64,000 nucleotides of DNA from an uncultured Clostridia bacterium (lineage in GTDB: Bacteria > Bacillota > Clostridia > Oscillospirales > CAG-272), in NCBI GenBank assembly GCA_946407735.1, contig CAMJPL010000001.1, positions 216,182 through 280,181 on the forward strand, written 5' to 3'. Shown here in pieces: positions 27,779 through 38,405 of this stretch (within the stretch, counting starts at the first letter, position 1; each line of letters begins with the position of its first letter). The translations under genes and the position numbers were made by a program. The notes beneath the pieces were generated by a model. It worked only from the letters and a program-made list of their open reading frames with translations, did not search any database and had not been told where the DNA came from.

Positions 27779-29143
27779 TCAGTTCTTCAGACTGTGTATC
27801 GGCGCCGGGATGCGTCCGCCGCGGGCGATGAATCTCGCCGGGGATGAGTTGTTCACCTCGATGACAGGCGCTTCGCCGAGAAGACCGCCGAAGCTGACTG
27901 TGTCGCCCACCTTCTTGCCGTACGCCGGGATCAGGCGGACGGCAGTGGTTTTGCCGTTTATCACGCCGATCGAGATCTCGTCGGCGATGATGCCGCAGAT
28001 GACGTCGGCCGGTGTGTCGTAGGATATGACGATCATGTCAAGCCCCACCGAGCAGACGGCGGTCATCGCCTCGAGCTTTTCTATCGTCAGGTTTCCGCCC
28101 GACACCGCGTCGATCATCCCGGCGTCCTCCGATACCGGGATAAAGGCGCCGGATAGTCCGCCGACGTGGCTCGACGCCATAACGCCGCCCTTCTTCACCG
28201 CGTCGTTGAGCATGGCGAGGCAGGCGGTCGTGCCGTGAGCGCCGCATTTCTCGAGACCCATCTCCTCAAGGATCAGCGCCACCGAGTCGCCGACGGCCGG
28301 CGTCGGCGCGAGCGACAGATCGACGATGCCGAACGGGATGCCCATCCTTTTCGACGCCTCGTGGGCGACGAGCTGTCCCATGCGGGTGATCTTGAAGGCG
28401 GTGCGCTTGATTATGTCGGCAAGCTCGGACAGATCGCAGTCCCCCGCCTGCCTTATCGCCGCCGCCACGACGCCGGGGCCGGACACGCCGACGTTTATGC
28501 AGGATTCGGCCTCGCCGACGCCGTGGAAGGCGCCCGCCATGAAGGGATTGTCGTCCGGGACGTTCGCGAAGACGACGAACTTCGCGCAGCCGATAGAGCC
28601 CTTGTCCCTGGTGTTGTAGGCTAGATCCTTTATCACCTGTCCGGTCTGGCGTATCGCGTCCATGTTGATGCCGGTCTTCGTCGACGCTACGTTGACCGAT
28701 GAGCAGACGACATCGGTCTCCGCCAGCGCCTGCGGGATCGAGGATATGAGCGTCCTCGCCTGATTCGTGTAGCCCTTCTGGACGAGAGCGCCGTAGCCGC
28801 CGATGAAGTTGATGCCGAGCTCCGCTGCCGCGCGGTCGAGCGTCCGGGCGATCTTCACATAGCCGTCTGTGTCGGTCTTTCCGCCGATGAGCGACACCGG
28901 GGTCACAGAGACGCGCTTGTTTATTATCGGTATGCCGTACTGCTTCTCGATCTCTCCGGCGGTCTTGACGAGGTCCTTCGCCGTGTAGGTGATCTTGTCG
29001 TAGATGTTGCCGCAGAGGCGGGAGATGTCGTCCGATACGCAGTCGTACAGCGATATGCCGACGGTGACCGTGCGTATGTCGAGATTTTCCTCCCGGATCA
29101 TGCTTATGGTTTCGAGGATATCCTCCGTGTTGTATCTGAACAT
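27779..29143 (-). CDS. UPF0210 / PFL-family protein (DUF711)
   Basis: [33 protein letters not shown]-terminus is characteristic. Paired with an upstream ACT protein, as is usual for this family. Confidence 0.8.
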   Translation of the reverse strand: MFRYNTEDILETISMIREENLDIRTVTVGISLYDCVSDDISRLCGNIYDKITYTAKDLVKTAGEIEKQYGIPIINKRVSVTPVSLIGGKTDTDGYVKIARTLDRAAAELGINFIGGYGALVQKGYTNQARTLISSIPQALAETDVVCSSVNVASTKTGINMDAIRQTGQVIKDLAYNTRDKGSIGCAKFVVFANVPDDNPFMAGAFHGVGEAESCINVGVSGPGVVAAAIRQAGDCDLSELADIIKRTAFKITRMGQLVAHEASKRMGIPFGIVDLSLAPTPAVGDSVALILEEMGLEKCGAHGTTACLAMLNDAVKKGGVMASSHVGGLSGAFIPVSEDAGMIDAVSGGNLTIEKLEAMTAVCSVGLDMIVISYDTPADVICGIIADEISIGVINGKTTAVRLIPAYGKKVGDTVSFGGLLGEAPVIEVNNSSPARFIARGGRIPAPIHSLKN

Positions 29144-29154
29144 CCCGCGCCCCT

Positions 29155-29424
29155 TTATATCCTGTGCATGGCGTCGAAGATGTCTTCATGCATCGTGTGG
29201 ATCTCGAGGCCCGAGCTTCTGCCGAGCTCGGTCATCCTGTCCACGAAGCTGCCGAAGGGCACGGTTATCTTATCTATGTCGACGAGCATTATCATCGCGA
29301 AGTATTCCTTCAAGACCGTCTGCGAGATGTCGACGATGTTGACTCCGGTCTCGGCACAGGCCGACGCGACCTTCGCGATTATGCCCATGCTGTCCTTTCC
29401 GGTGACCGAGATTATCGCTTTCAA
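29155..29424 (-). CDS. ACT domain protein (UPF0237 family)
   Basis: TTG start. [38 protein letters not shown], 89 aa. Conserved partner of UPF0210. Confidence 0.8.
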   Translation of the reverse strand: MKAIISVTGKDSMGIIAKVASACAETGVNIVDISQTVLKEYFAMIMLVDIDKITVPFGSFVDRMTELGRSSGLEIHTMHEDIFDAMHRI

Positions 29425-29467
29425 TTATTTTTCTCCTTGTCCTTGTCCGCGGTTTTCCGCGGCTTGT

Positions 29468-32400
29468 TTAGTTTATCCTGAACGTCCTGAACTCGAACGG
29501 CTTATATTCGATATCGAAGCTGTCCATAGTGCCGATGTCGGATATCTTTTCCTCGAGCGGCGACTCTTCGGTGACGCAGGCCGTCTTCGGCAGAGTAAAC
29601 GACGCCGTACCGCTCACGCCGAACGGCTCGTAGGCGCGGACTATGATCCCGCGTCCGTCCTCGGCGGGCTTCACGCAGTCGATTATCATGCCGCCGCAGA
29701 CGGTGACGGGCGCTTCGGCCGACATATCACCCTTCATGACGAGCATCGGCGAGTTGAAGAGATAGCCCTGCTGCGGCACGCCGCCGGCTGCCAGCCTGCC
29801 CTCGTGAGGCAGGAAGGAATAGGCGAAATCGTGCTCGCCCATGTCGTAGAACTTCGACGGGTAGTCGGTCGAGCGGAAGAGGGTGATTATCATGTCGGAG
29901 TCGATGACGTTGTGGCCGTACTTGCAGTCGTTGAGCAGCGCGGCTCCGCGGACGTCGTCTGACAGGTCGATGAAGCGGTGGGCGGCGTACTCGTGCTTCC
30001 AGCGCTCGGCGGGGGTGTTGGCGTGGGTCGGACGCGTGCAGAAGCCGTACTGCACTTCATACGAGGTCTGCGGCGCCTCGACGGCGACGGGGAAGGATAC
30101 CTGAAGGATCTTATACTTTTCCTGCCAGTCGATGTGGGAGAAGAAATCGACCCTCGCGATGTCGGCGTAGACGACGATGTCCTGAGTCAGCGTCGTTCTG
30201 CCGTTTTGCTTCGTCACCCTTATCACCGCGCGGCCGCCGTCGTCCGCGGCGATGCAGACGCTGTCCTCCCATCCGAGATCGACCGGGCGGAGCTTGTATT
30301 CCTTGTCGATGTTCCAGGCGTCCTCGATCTCGGGGCCGTCCTTGTAGCAGACGAAGCGGTTGAGCCCGCACTCCTGCGACCAGACGAAGCCGGAGCGCTT
30401 GTCTCTGAAATCATGCAGAGTGCCGTCCGGCATGACGGTGAAGGTGAAGAACGGGGTGTCGGCCGCGATCCCGCCGTCATTTTCGCAGAGCTTCACGCGC
30501 GGAGCGGCGTTTTCCGGCTCGGCCCTGCGGAAGACGCGGCATGTAAAGCCGGGGACGTCCTTCGCGAGGAAGAGATACCCGCCCTTTCCGTCCGGGACGA
30601 CGTCCGACACGCTCTCGCCGTCGGTGAGCGCCCCTCCGGCGAATTCCGCCCCGACCGGGACGTAGGCCGTCGAAACGAAGGAGTTCGGATTGAAGACGGT
30701 AACGGCGTCGGGATCGTCCTTCTTCGTGAAGACCTTTTCCTCGAGCGCTTTCTGCTCGCTGTCGGCGAAATCGAAGACCTCTTTATACATCCTCGCCGTG
30801 TCGTCGTAGACGGCGTTTATCGAGCTTCCGGGGAGGACGTCGTGGAACTGCATGAGAAGCAGATCCTTCCAGTACTTCACGATGCCGGCGTATTCATCCG
30901 AATCGGCCTTTATCCCGGCCATCGCGGCGAGAAGATCGAGCCGGCGGTAAGCCATCTCGGCTTTGCGGTTGCTGCGCTTGTTCTCGGCTATCGTCGAGTA
31001 GGTGCCCTGATGCGTCTCGACGCAGAGCTCGCCCTTCCAGACTGGGAGCCTGTCGGAAATCTTCTCAAGCTCGCCGAAATAGTCGTCGGCCCTTGTGAGA
31101 TGGGTCTTCGGCATGCCGGGATAGTCCTTCAGGCGGCGGTAGTTTTCAAGCATCTGCTCGGACGGGCCGCCTCCGCCGTCTCCGAAGCCGTAGACGAACA
31201 GGGTCCTGTCCCACAGCCCCTTCTGCTGCATGTTGTCGGAGGCGTATTTCAGCTGCGACGGCCCGATGAAGCCGTTGTAGTACGCCTCGGTCTTCGGTAT
31301 CGTCGACAGCAGCCTCGAATGGTCGAGACCCTCCCATATGAAGACGTTGTACGGGAAGTCGTTCGCCGCCTGCCAGCGGACCTTGGTGGTGTAGAAGTAT
31401 TTCATGCCGCATTTCGAGAAGATCTGCGGCAGGTTGGCCGGGAAGCCGAACGAGTCGGGGATCCAGCACATGTCGGTCGATTTTCCGAACTCCCGCATGA
31501 AGAACCGGTGCCCGTAAAGATACTCGCGGATAAGCGTCTCGGCGCCGGAGAGGTTGAGATCCGACTCGACCCACATCGGGCCGACGAGCTGCCATGACCC
31601 GGCGGCGACGCGGCGCTTTATCTCCTCGAAGACGTCGGGATAGACCTCCTTTATGAAGTTGTAGACCGACGGCTGGGACATCGAGAACTCGAACTCGGGG
31701 TACCTGTCCATGATGCGGAACTGGTTCAGCGCCGAGCGTCCCGACTTGCGGATGGTGTCCTTGTACTGCCACAGCCACGCGACGTCGATGTGAGTCGAGG
31801 CTATGCACTCGATGACGCCGAGATCGTCGTCAGAGCCGATCTCCTTCAGCCCGCTCTCGAGCGCTTCGGCGCAGATGGCTGTGTTCTCACGGTATTCGTC
31901 GCCCTCGAGCGACTGGTCGCTCATGCGGATGACCTTCTCGAGCAGCGCCTGCAGCTTGTCCTTCTTGTACGGGAGATCGGTGCGGCGGATGACATCCCAG
32001 AGAAGCGACATGCCGAACGCGAAGGAGGCGATGACGTCGTCGGATATCACCCACGCGCTGCCGGGTATCGGCGTAACGTCGCGCTCGCCGCGGGCGTGAT
32101 TCGAGGCGAAAAGCTCGATCTCGATCCCGGTCTTACTGCCGTACGTCTCCTTCGGAAGATATACGCGGTTCCTGCCCTGATCGTTGTTGACTCCGGCAAA
32201 GTCGGTGCCGTTTACCTTCACGAAGGCCTCGCAGCCGGAGCCGGTGCGAAGCTCGAGATAGGCGGTCTGTCCCTCTCCCGGGGCTGTCGGGGTAAACGAG
32301 GTCCTTGCGAAGAAGGTGTCGGCTGTATTGAGCATCACCGATCTGTCGAGCGGCTGCCAGTCGGTCAGGTATTCGTAATCCTGCCGCTCGCGGTAGCGCG

Positions 32401-32494
32401 CGAAGCGGTATTCCCATCCTTCGACGGGGATGTACGAAACGACCGATCTTTCGCGGAAGATGCTCAGATTTCGTTCGATAACGGCGTTTGTCAT
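29468..32494 (-). CDS. Alpha-mannosidase, glycoside hydrolase family 38
   Basis: 1008 aa. IASTHIDVAWLWQYKDT (the GH38 HxDxxWLW motif). Size and domain order are typical of cytosolic bacterial GH38 enzymes. Confidence 0.85.
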   Translation of the reverse strand: MTNAVIERNLSIFRERSVVSYIPVEGWEYRFARYRERQDYEYLTDWQPLDRSVMLNTADTFFARTSFTPTAPGEGQTAYLELRTGSGCEAFVKVNGTDFAGVNNDQGRNRVYLPKETYGSKTGIEIELFASNHARGERDVTPIPGSAWVISDDVIASFAFGMSLLWDVIRRTDLPYKKDKLQALLEKVIRMSDQSLEGDEYRENTAICAEALESGLKEIGSDDDLGVIECIASTHIDVAWLWQYKDTIRKSGRSALNQFRIMDRYPEFEFSMSQPSVYNFIKEVYPDVFEEIKRRVAAGSWQLVGPMWVESDLNLSGAETLIREYLYGHRFFMREFGKSTDMCWIPDSFGFPANLPQIFSKCGMKYFYTTKVRWQAANDFPYNVFIWEGLDHSRLLSTIPKTEAYYNGFIGPSQLKYASDNMQQKGLWDRTLFVYGFGDGGGGPSEQMLENYRRLKDYPGMPKTHLTRADDYFGELEKISDRLPVWKGELCVETHQGTYSTIAENKRSNRKAEMAYRRLDLLAAMAGIKADSDEYAGIVKYWKDLLLMQFHDVLPGSSINAVYDDTARMYKEVFDFADSEQKALEEKVFTKKDDPDAVTVFNPNSFVSTAYVPVGAEFAGGALTDGESVSDVVPDGKGGYLFLAKDVPGFTCRVFRRAEPENAAPRVKLCENDGGIAADTPFFTFTVMPDGTLHDFRDKRSGFVWSQECGLNRFVCYKDGPEIEDAWNIDKEYKLRPVDLGWEDSVCIAADDGGRAVIRVTKQNGRTTLTQDIVVYADIARVDFFSHIDWQEKYKILQVSFPVAVEAPQTSYEVQYGFCTRPTHANTPAERWKHEYAAHRFIDLSDDVRGAALLNDCKYGHNVIDSDMIITLFRSTDYPSKFYDMGEHDFAYSFLPHEGRLAAGGVPQQGYLFNSPMLVMKGDMSAEAPVTVCGGMIIDCVKPAEDGRGIIVRAYEPFGVSGTASFTLPKTACVTEESPLEEKISDIGTMDSFDIEYKPFEFRTFRIN

Positions 32495-32521
32495 GGCGCT
32501 GATTCCTTTCTCTGCTTTAAG

Positions 32522-34006
32522 TCAGCCGAGGGCGCTGATCTTCTCAAGAAGATTGTTTATCGTCTTTACCTGCTTGTCATACGCCTTTGTCGCGGCGCTG
32601 ACGTAGTTGTTCTGCCTGCGGTCGTAGACGGCGTTGTACGCCGCCTGGAATGAGCTGCCCCAGCTGAAATCGACCGCCCAGTCGTAGGATTTGCTGTCGA
32701 GTATGATGTCGAGCGCCGCGACCGATTCCTCGTCGCGGACCAGCTTGACGTTGAGCGTGATGTCATAGAGCGCCTTGCGGACGGTGTCGGTCGAGAAGGC
32801 GGACATGGCGTCGATGACGGTGCCGGTGAGCGCGGCGTCGGACGAGATGATCGGCACGACGATGGCGGTGGTCCATCCGTTCGAGACGTACTCGCCGTAA
32901 TGCTCCTGGCTTTCGTCCATCTTAGGCATCGGAAGCAGGCCGAAGTCGGACTCCATCTCGCGCAGGCCGTTTATGCCGCCGAGCATGTTGCCCATGAAGA
33001 GGGCGTGGTCGATCTTGAATATAGCGTTGTCGCGGTTGCCGTAGGTCATCTCCTCCTCCACCATGTAGTGGAACAGGGTTTCGACGGCGGCTATCTGGCG
33101 GTCGCTCAGGGTGTTGACGACGAGCTCGCCCTCCGGGCTGATGTCGACGGACTTCTCGCCCATGGCGTAGATCCAGTGCTTTATCATATCGTTGTTCTCG
33201 ATATGGCCGACGACGTCGTCCTCGGGCTTTATCACGCCGTCGCCGTTCAGATCCTTGACGACCGTCTTGCAGTAGCCGTTCATCATGTCTATCGTCCAGA
33301 CTCCAGAGACGGCCGCCTCATAGGGATATTCGAGCGAGTAGTCGCTGCAGATCTTTTTGTTGAAATACAGCGACTCGACGGCGAAATCGTCGAAGATGTT
33401 GAAATCTCCGGCAAGCCAGTACAGTCTGTTGCCGAACAGGGTGAAGCTGTCGACTATGTTGTGATCCCACCAGCTGTCCGAGACGTCTATCGTGCCGATG
33501 TCGTAGATGTTGAGCAGCTGTCCGCCCGTCATGGCGTCGCTGAAGAAGTCCATCCTTCCTATCGCGGCGTCGAAGTCGCTCGCCCCGGCGAGTACCGTCT
33601 TTTTGATCGTCGTTTTCAGCTTGTCGTCGGAGCCGCCGAAGAGCGGGGATATCTTCACGTTCAGAAGCTCCTCGGTAAGGACGTTCCGGCGGTAGACGGC
33701 GTCGTTCAGCACCTCGCCGTTCTCGGCCTCGTACCATATCTCGTTCGTGTCGCCGGATATGACGCTGTAAAAATGCTCGCCGGGAGAGGGCGAGAGGATG
33801 GTTATCGTCTTTCCCCCGCTGTCGCTGTCCTGATATCTCTCGCGGATGATCTTCTCGGGCGTTATGACGTCCTCCTCAGTCTCGGCGGCGTCAAGGACCG
33901 TCTCCGGCGCCTCGGTCGCCTGAGGCTCGGGCTGGGAAGCGCTCTCGCCGCATGAGACGAGCAGGAGCGCGAAGAGGATGAGCGATGACAAGACTGTTTT
34001 TTTCAT
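32522..34006 (-). CDS. Extracellular solute-binding lipoprotein (LplA/LipO-like)
   Basis: MKKTVLSSLILFALLLVSCG lipobox. DLNGDGVIKPED loop. SDFGLLPMPKM motif. Confidence 0.85.
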   Translation of the reverse strand: MKKTVLSSLILFALLLVSCGESASQPEPQATEAPETVLDAAETEEDVITPEKIIRERYQDSDSGGKTITILSPSPGEHFYSVISGDTNEIWYEAENGEVLNDAVYRRNVLTEELLNVKISPLFGGSDDKLKTTIKKTVLAGASDFDAAIGRMDFFSDAMTGGQLLNIYDIGTIDVSDSWWDHNIVDSFTLFGNRLYWLAGDFNIFDDFAVESLYFNKKICSDYSLEYPYEAAVSGVWTIDMMNGYCKTVVKDLNGDGVIKPEDDVVGHIENNDMIKHWIYAMGEKSVDISPEGELVVNTLSDRQIAAVETLFHYMVEEEMTYGNRDNAIFKIDHALFMGNMLGGINGLREMESDFGLLPMPKMDESQEHYGEYVSNGWTTAIVVPIISSDAALTGTVIDAMSAFSTDTVRKALYDITLNVKLVRDEESVAALDIILDSKSYDWAVDFSWGSSFQAAYNAVYDRRQNNYVSAATKAYDKQVKTINNLLEKISALG

Positions 34007-34044
34007 ATGAAACTCCCTTCTGAATTATACGGCTGTTTTATGTT

Positions 34045-36891
34045 TCATTCGTTTTCCTTCGCCGCGCCCGATCCCTCTATCGCCTTTATCAGGGTGTCGG
34101 CGAGCACGGCGGGATCGACCGGCTTCGGGATATGTCCGTTCATGCCGCATTCGGCGGCCTTTTTCCTGTCCTCGTCGAAGGCGTTGGCGGTCATGGCGAT
34201 GATGGGGATCGACGACAGCCGGCTGTCGGCGAGCGCGCGTATCTGTCTTGCCGCGTCGTAGCCGTTCATTACCGGCATCTGGATATCCATCAGCACGGCG
34301 TCGAACCGATCGGGCCCGGACGACGATACCGCCTCCGCCGCCTCCTCGCCGTTTTCCGCCGTTTCGACCGATACCCCCAGCGCGCCGAGCATGGCGGCGG
34401 CTATCTCGCGGTTGACGGCGATGTCCTCGGCGAGAAGCACTCTGCGGCCCTTCAGGATATCGTACGGATCTTTCGCTGCCTCTTCGGCGCCGGACGCTTC
34501 ATCGCCGGAGGCTTCGGCGCTCTCCTCCGGCGCGGCAGCCGTGTCGAGCGTGAAGGTCACGGTGAAATCGGCGCCTTTTCCGGGAGCGGTGTCGACGGAT
34601 ATTTCGCCGCCCATCAGATCGACGATGCTTTTCGTTATCGCCATGCCGAGGCCGGTGCCCTGTATGCCGCTTATCGTGGACGATCTCTCCTGCGAGAAGG
34701 CGTCGAAGACGTTTTTCGCGAACTTCTCGGTCATCCCGATGCCGCTGTCCTTCACCCGGAGAAGATACGAAGCCCTGCCGCCGGATGATCCAGTCTGCGA
34801 AAGCGATACGGCGACCGACCCGCCCTCCGGCGTGAATTTGCATGCGTTGCTTATAAGGTTCATAAGGACGCGGGAGAAGCGGTTCTCGTCAAGCATGACG
34901 TATCTGTCGCTCACGCCCGAGACGTCGAGGGTGTAGTCTATCTTTTTTTCGGCCATCTGATCGCCGAACATGTCATACGACGACCTGACGGCGGAGATTA
35001 TGTCCTTCGCGGCGTATTCGAGCGTCATCCTGCCGTTTTCGATCCGGCTCATCTCGAGCACGTCGTTTATGATCGAGAGCAGGCGCTTCCCGGCCTGATC
35101 TATCTTTTCGATATACCCGGCCACCTTCGGCGGGACGTCCTTTTCCTCGGCGGCGAGATGCGTGTAGCCGATCACGGCGTTCATCGGAGTCCGGATGTCG
35201 TGGGACATGTTGAACAGGAAGCGGCTCTTTGCTCGGCTGCTTTCCTCGGCGCGCATCATCTCGCGCTCGGTCTTTTCGTACCGCTTCCTGAGAAGTGTCT
35301 GGACATACAGCATGACCGTGAAGCCGACGAACACCACGGCTACGGTGATGAAGCCGGTCGCCGTCACCCGCCATTTCTCCGGGCTGCCCTCCAGCGCCGC
35401 CGACGTCGTCAGCATATGCCATGTGAGCGCCGAGTACAGCAGCAGGGCGAAGAGCACGGTGCTCGACACCGACATCCCCTGATAGTCGGAGAGCGAGCTT
35501 CGCTTCATCGTCTTCCAGTAGAAGAGGAAGCCGACAAGGCACCATACCGCCAGCATGAGGAAGGACTCGGGGCTCATCGTCTCGAACGGCGTCACCATCG
35601 GTATCATCTGAACGACGGCGAAGGCGATAGTTATGACCGTCCCAACCCTGCCGAGCGCGGCGGCCGCTCTGTCGCCGTTCTTTTTCGCTATGACGCAGGC
35701 CGAGCCGGAGGTGTAGCCGAAGCCGATTATCGCGCCGAAGGTCGTAAGATCGACGAACCATTCGAGGGTGTTGCGCCCGAGGAAGGAGAAGATGATTGAT
35801 ATGACGGTTATGAATACGACGCTGAATGTGGTCGACGAGAATCTCTTCGATATTATCCCGTCCTCGGCCATGGTCGACAGGATGCGGGTGGAGGCACGGC
35901 AGCCGGCGATTATTCCGGTGAATATCGCCGAAGCGGCGGTGACGCCCATCACGGCGAGGCCCGGCCTTCCCATTATCCGGCTCGCCGCGTAGAAGGTCGG
36001 CACGGCCTCGACGCCGCCGAGGGTGTCGAGATTAGCGATATACTCCTGCCATGAGTGAAAGCCCTCAGGCAGGGCGGCTATGCTTATAAGCGACATGGCC
36101 GCATAGACGATGCCGCCGAGGATTATCGAGACGACGGTTATGATCCCCGATTTCTTCATGGGGAAGCTGAAATGAGCCGTTTCGAGCGATATCACGTCGA
36201 AGCCGACGAAGGCCCAGGGCGAGAGCAGGACTATCGTTATTATCACCGGCGCCGCGCCGCCTCCGCCGAGGCCGAAGGAGAAAAATACGTCCGTCAGGCG
36301 CACGTGCGGCAGGCAGATGGCGGTGCAGGAAAGCGATCCGGCGAGCAGGATCACGGCGAGTATCGTCTGCAGCTTCTGCAGAAAAGGCTTGCAGAAGACG
36401 AACAGCAGACTTATCAGGGCGAGCGCCGCCGCCGAAAGCCACACCTCGGACAGGTATATCTCATATCCCGCGACCTCATAGCATGGGCCGAAGCGGAACA
36501 GATCGCCGAAAAGCGTCCTCGCTATGACGAATATCGCCGTCGAGTTGAGAAAGATTATCGAGATATACGAGAGATTGAGGAACCACGCGCAGAGGAAGGC
36601 GTGGTCGCGTCCGAAAGCCTCTTTGGCGTAGGAATAGACGCCGCCGGTGCCGGGGCGGGCGTTCATGAGATACGAATAGCTCCGGCCGATTACGAGCATT
36701 ATCGCCGTGCTTATCGCCATCGCGATGACGGTCCCAGCCGGCCCGGCTATCGGCAGGAACGTCGTTCCGGGCATGACGAAAGCACCCCAGCCGATGATGC
36801 AGCCGAAGGCCATCGCCCATACGTCGGTCGGAGAAAGATATCTCGCGAGACCGCTCTTGTTGTGTCCGGCGGAAGGTGTTCTGTCGTCCAT
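34045..36891 (-). CDS. APC-family permease domain fused to a hybrid sensor histidine kinase (HisKA, HATPase, receiver)
   Basis: I chose the start at the ATG at 36891 (MDDRTPSAG). The N-terminal ~450 aa form a polytopic APC-like region (GCIIGWGAFVMPG, PGTGGVYSYAKEAFG). H-box FNMSHDIRTPMN (His codon 35200-35202). GTGLGMAITK G2 box. Receiver LMDIQMPVMNG (Asp codon 34285-34287). Confidence 0.85.
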   Translation of the reverse strand: MDDRTPSAGHNKSGLARYLSPTDVWAMAFGCIIGWGAFVMPGTTFLPIAGPAGTVIAMAISTAIMLVIGRSYSYLMNARPGTGGVYSYAKEAFGRDHAFLCAWFLNLSYISIIFLNSTAIFVIARTLFGDLFRFGPCYEVAGYEIYLSEVWLSAAALALISLLFVFCKPFLQKLQTILAVILLAGSLSCTAICLPHVRLTDVFFSFGLGGGGAAPVIITIVLLSPWAFVGFDVISLETAHFSFPMKKSGIITVVSIILGGIVYAAMSLISIAALPEGFHSWQEYIANLDTLGGVEAVPTFYAASRIMGRPGLAVMGVTAASAIFTGIIAGCRASTRILSTMAEDGIISKRFSSTTFSVVFITVISIIFSFLGRNTLEWFVDLTTFGAIIGFGYTSGSACVIAKKNGDRAAAALGRVGTVITIAFAVVQMIPMVTPFETMSPESFLMLAVWCLVGFLFYWKTMKRSSLSDYQGMSVSSTVLFALLLYSALTWHMLTTSAALEGSPEKWRVTATGFITVAVVFVGFTVMLYVQTLLRKRYEKTEREMMRAEESSRAKSRFLFNMSHDIRTPMNAVIGYTHLAAEEKDVPPKVAGYIEKIDQAGKRLLSIINDVLEMSRIENGRMTLEYAAKDIISAVRSSYDMFGDQMAEKKIDYTLDVSGVSDRYVMLDENRFSRVLMNLISNACKFTPEGGSVAVSLSQTGSSGGRASYLLRVKDSGIGMTEKFAKNVFDAFSQERSSTISGIQGTGLGMAITKSIVDLMGGEISVDTAPGKGADFTVTFTLDTAAAPEESAEASGDEASGAEEAAKDPYDILKGRRVLLAEDIAVNREIAAAMLGALGVSVETAENGEEAAEAVSSSGPDRFDAVLMDIQMPVMNGYDAARQIRALADSRLSSIPIIAMTANAFDEDRKKAAECGMNGHIPKPVDPAVLADTLIKAIEGSGAAKENE

Positions 36892-37058
36892 GGCGGTTGT
36901 GTCGGTTCCTCGATGCGGGTGATTAACGTCATTGAATATAATTATACCATATCCCGCGCGAAAAATCAACAAAAAAGACGAACAGCGGGCGAAATCATCG
37001 CGGGTCCGGCATTTGTAAATTTTTACCGATTATTTACCGTCAAAACGCATCACCCCTC

Positions 37059-37086
37059 TTGAAAATCACGGGGAATCTGATATAAT
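37059..37086 (+). promoter_or_regulatory. Sigma-A type promoter for the XpaC-like/TelA/LemA/TPM unit
   Basis: TTGAAA, 16-nt spacer, TATAAT, 72 nt upstream of the TTG start at 37158. Confidence 0.6.
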
Positions 37087-37157
37087 ATATCCGAAAAAGG
37101 TCAATCGCCCCGCAAATCAAGACTTTTGGGGCGGACGCTCTGAGAGGTGGAGTTGAA

Positions 37158-38258
37158 TTGGCGGAAGAAAAGGAAAACAGGAGCGTTAACATAAACACTC
37201 CGCTCGGGTCGGTGACCGTCGGCGGAGAAGACGGGGTAAAGGTAAGAGGCCCGGGCGTTTCGGTCGACGTCGGCAATGGCGGCGTCAGAGTGAAGAGCCC
37301 GCTCGGTTCGGTCACGGTGGGCGGAGGCGGCGTGAACATATCGGGAGGCACGGCTGACGGATCGCCGCAGCAGATCCAGCGCAGCCAGACCGATTACAAC
37401 ACCGGCCGCTCCGGCACTCGGTGCTCGTCGACATACAAAAAGGACCCGCAGAAGCATCCCGACGCCGGCGGCGACGGCTACCGCGAACCGAAATATCACG
37501 ATCCCGTCTATAAGGAGCCGGTTTACAGGGAGCCGGAGTACAAAGCCCCTCCGGTGTATCAGAACCAGAATCCCCCGGCGCAGGCAAATCAGACGCCTCC
37601 CGCCCCGCCGGACGACGGCAGGCAGTACAAAAGGAAGGTTTCACCGTGGCCGTATGTCGCCGTCGGCGGCTTCTGGCTCGCCTATTCGCTGCTTTTCCCG
37701 ATGTACTCGGCGTGGCACGTCATTTTGTGCGCGGCGCTGTCATACGGGGTGTACAAGATCGCGAAAAAGAAATTCCCCGACAGGTGGAAGGAGATAATCA
37801 AGCCGTATCAGGCGCCGAAGTCGGAGGACCCGGAGGTCTCGCAGACGATCTCCGAGGCCGTGAAGACGCTCGACTCGATCTCCGAGTCGTCGCGCCGGAT
37901 ATCGCCGAAATGCCCGTCCCTCGCGTCGAACGCCGACTCGCTCGTAAATCAGGCGAGGCAGATCATAGACTACATCGCCGAAAACACGCAGAAGGCCCCG
38001 CTTGTCAGGCGGACGTTCAGCTACTATATACCGACGCTCGACAAGCTGCTCAAGAGCTGGATATTCTTTGACGAGCACGGCGAGGGCGATTCGATGTTCG
38101 CCGGAAAAGCCGATATCGAGCAGTCGGTCGCCGAGATGGACACCGTCCTGCGCGGCCAGCATGAGAAGCTGGTGAACGACGCCGCGCTCGACATCAGCGC
38201 CGAGATAAACGTGCTCGAGAAGCTCCTGCGCGACAGCGAAAACCTTAGAAGCAATTAG
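37158..38258 (+). CDS. XpaC-like membrane protein (5-bromo-4-chloroindolyl phosphate hydrolysis protein family) with a repeat-rich N-terminal extension
   Basis: TTG start with RBS AGGTGGAG. N-terminus carries PLGSVTVGG x2 and Y(K/R)EP repeats. Two TM helices are followed by a helical domain. Adjacent to a TelA/YaaN homolog, as xpaC-yaaN are in B. subtilis. Confidence 0.5.
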   Translation: MAEEKENRSVNINTPLGSVTVGGEDGVKVRGPGVSVDVGNGGVRVKSPLGSVTVGGGGVNISGGTADGSPQQIQRSQTDYNTGRSGTRCSSTYKKDPQKHPDAGGDGYREPKYHDPVYKEPVYREPEYKAPPVYQNQNPPAQANQTPPAPPDDGRQYKRKVSPWPYVAVGGFWLAYSLLFPMYSAWHVILCAALSYGVYKIAKKKFPDRWKEIIKPYQAPKSEDPEVSQTISEAVKTLDSISESSRRISPKCPSLASNADSLVNQARQIIDYIAENTQKAPLVRRTFSYYIPTLDKLLKSWIFFDEHGEGDSMFAGKADIEQSVAEMDTVLRGQHEKLVNDAALDISAEINVLEKLLRDSENLRSN

Positions 38259-38340
38259 CATGAATAAGTCAGCTTGCTGACTTATTCGAAGCAACTGAGC
38301 AATGAAGGAAACCGACAGACCGGCGAAGCCGGTCTGTCGG
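38252..38340. repeat. Intergenic mosaic repeat (CAATTAG unit, GAATAAGTC hairpin, GCAATGAAGG box, second hairpin)
   Basis: Hairpins at 38262-38287 (GAATAAGTCAGC-TT-GCTGACTTATTC) and 38312-38340 (CCGACAGACCGGC-GAA-GCCGGTCTGTCGG). Confidence 0.85.
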
Positions 38341-38405
38341 AAAAAGTCAATAACGGATATCATTCGGAAAATTAATTTAGGATAATATATAGAGAGGAAA
38401 TAACA

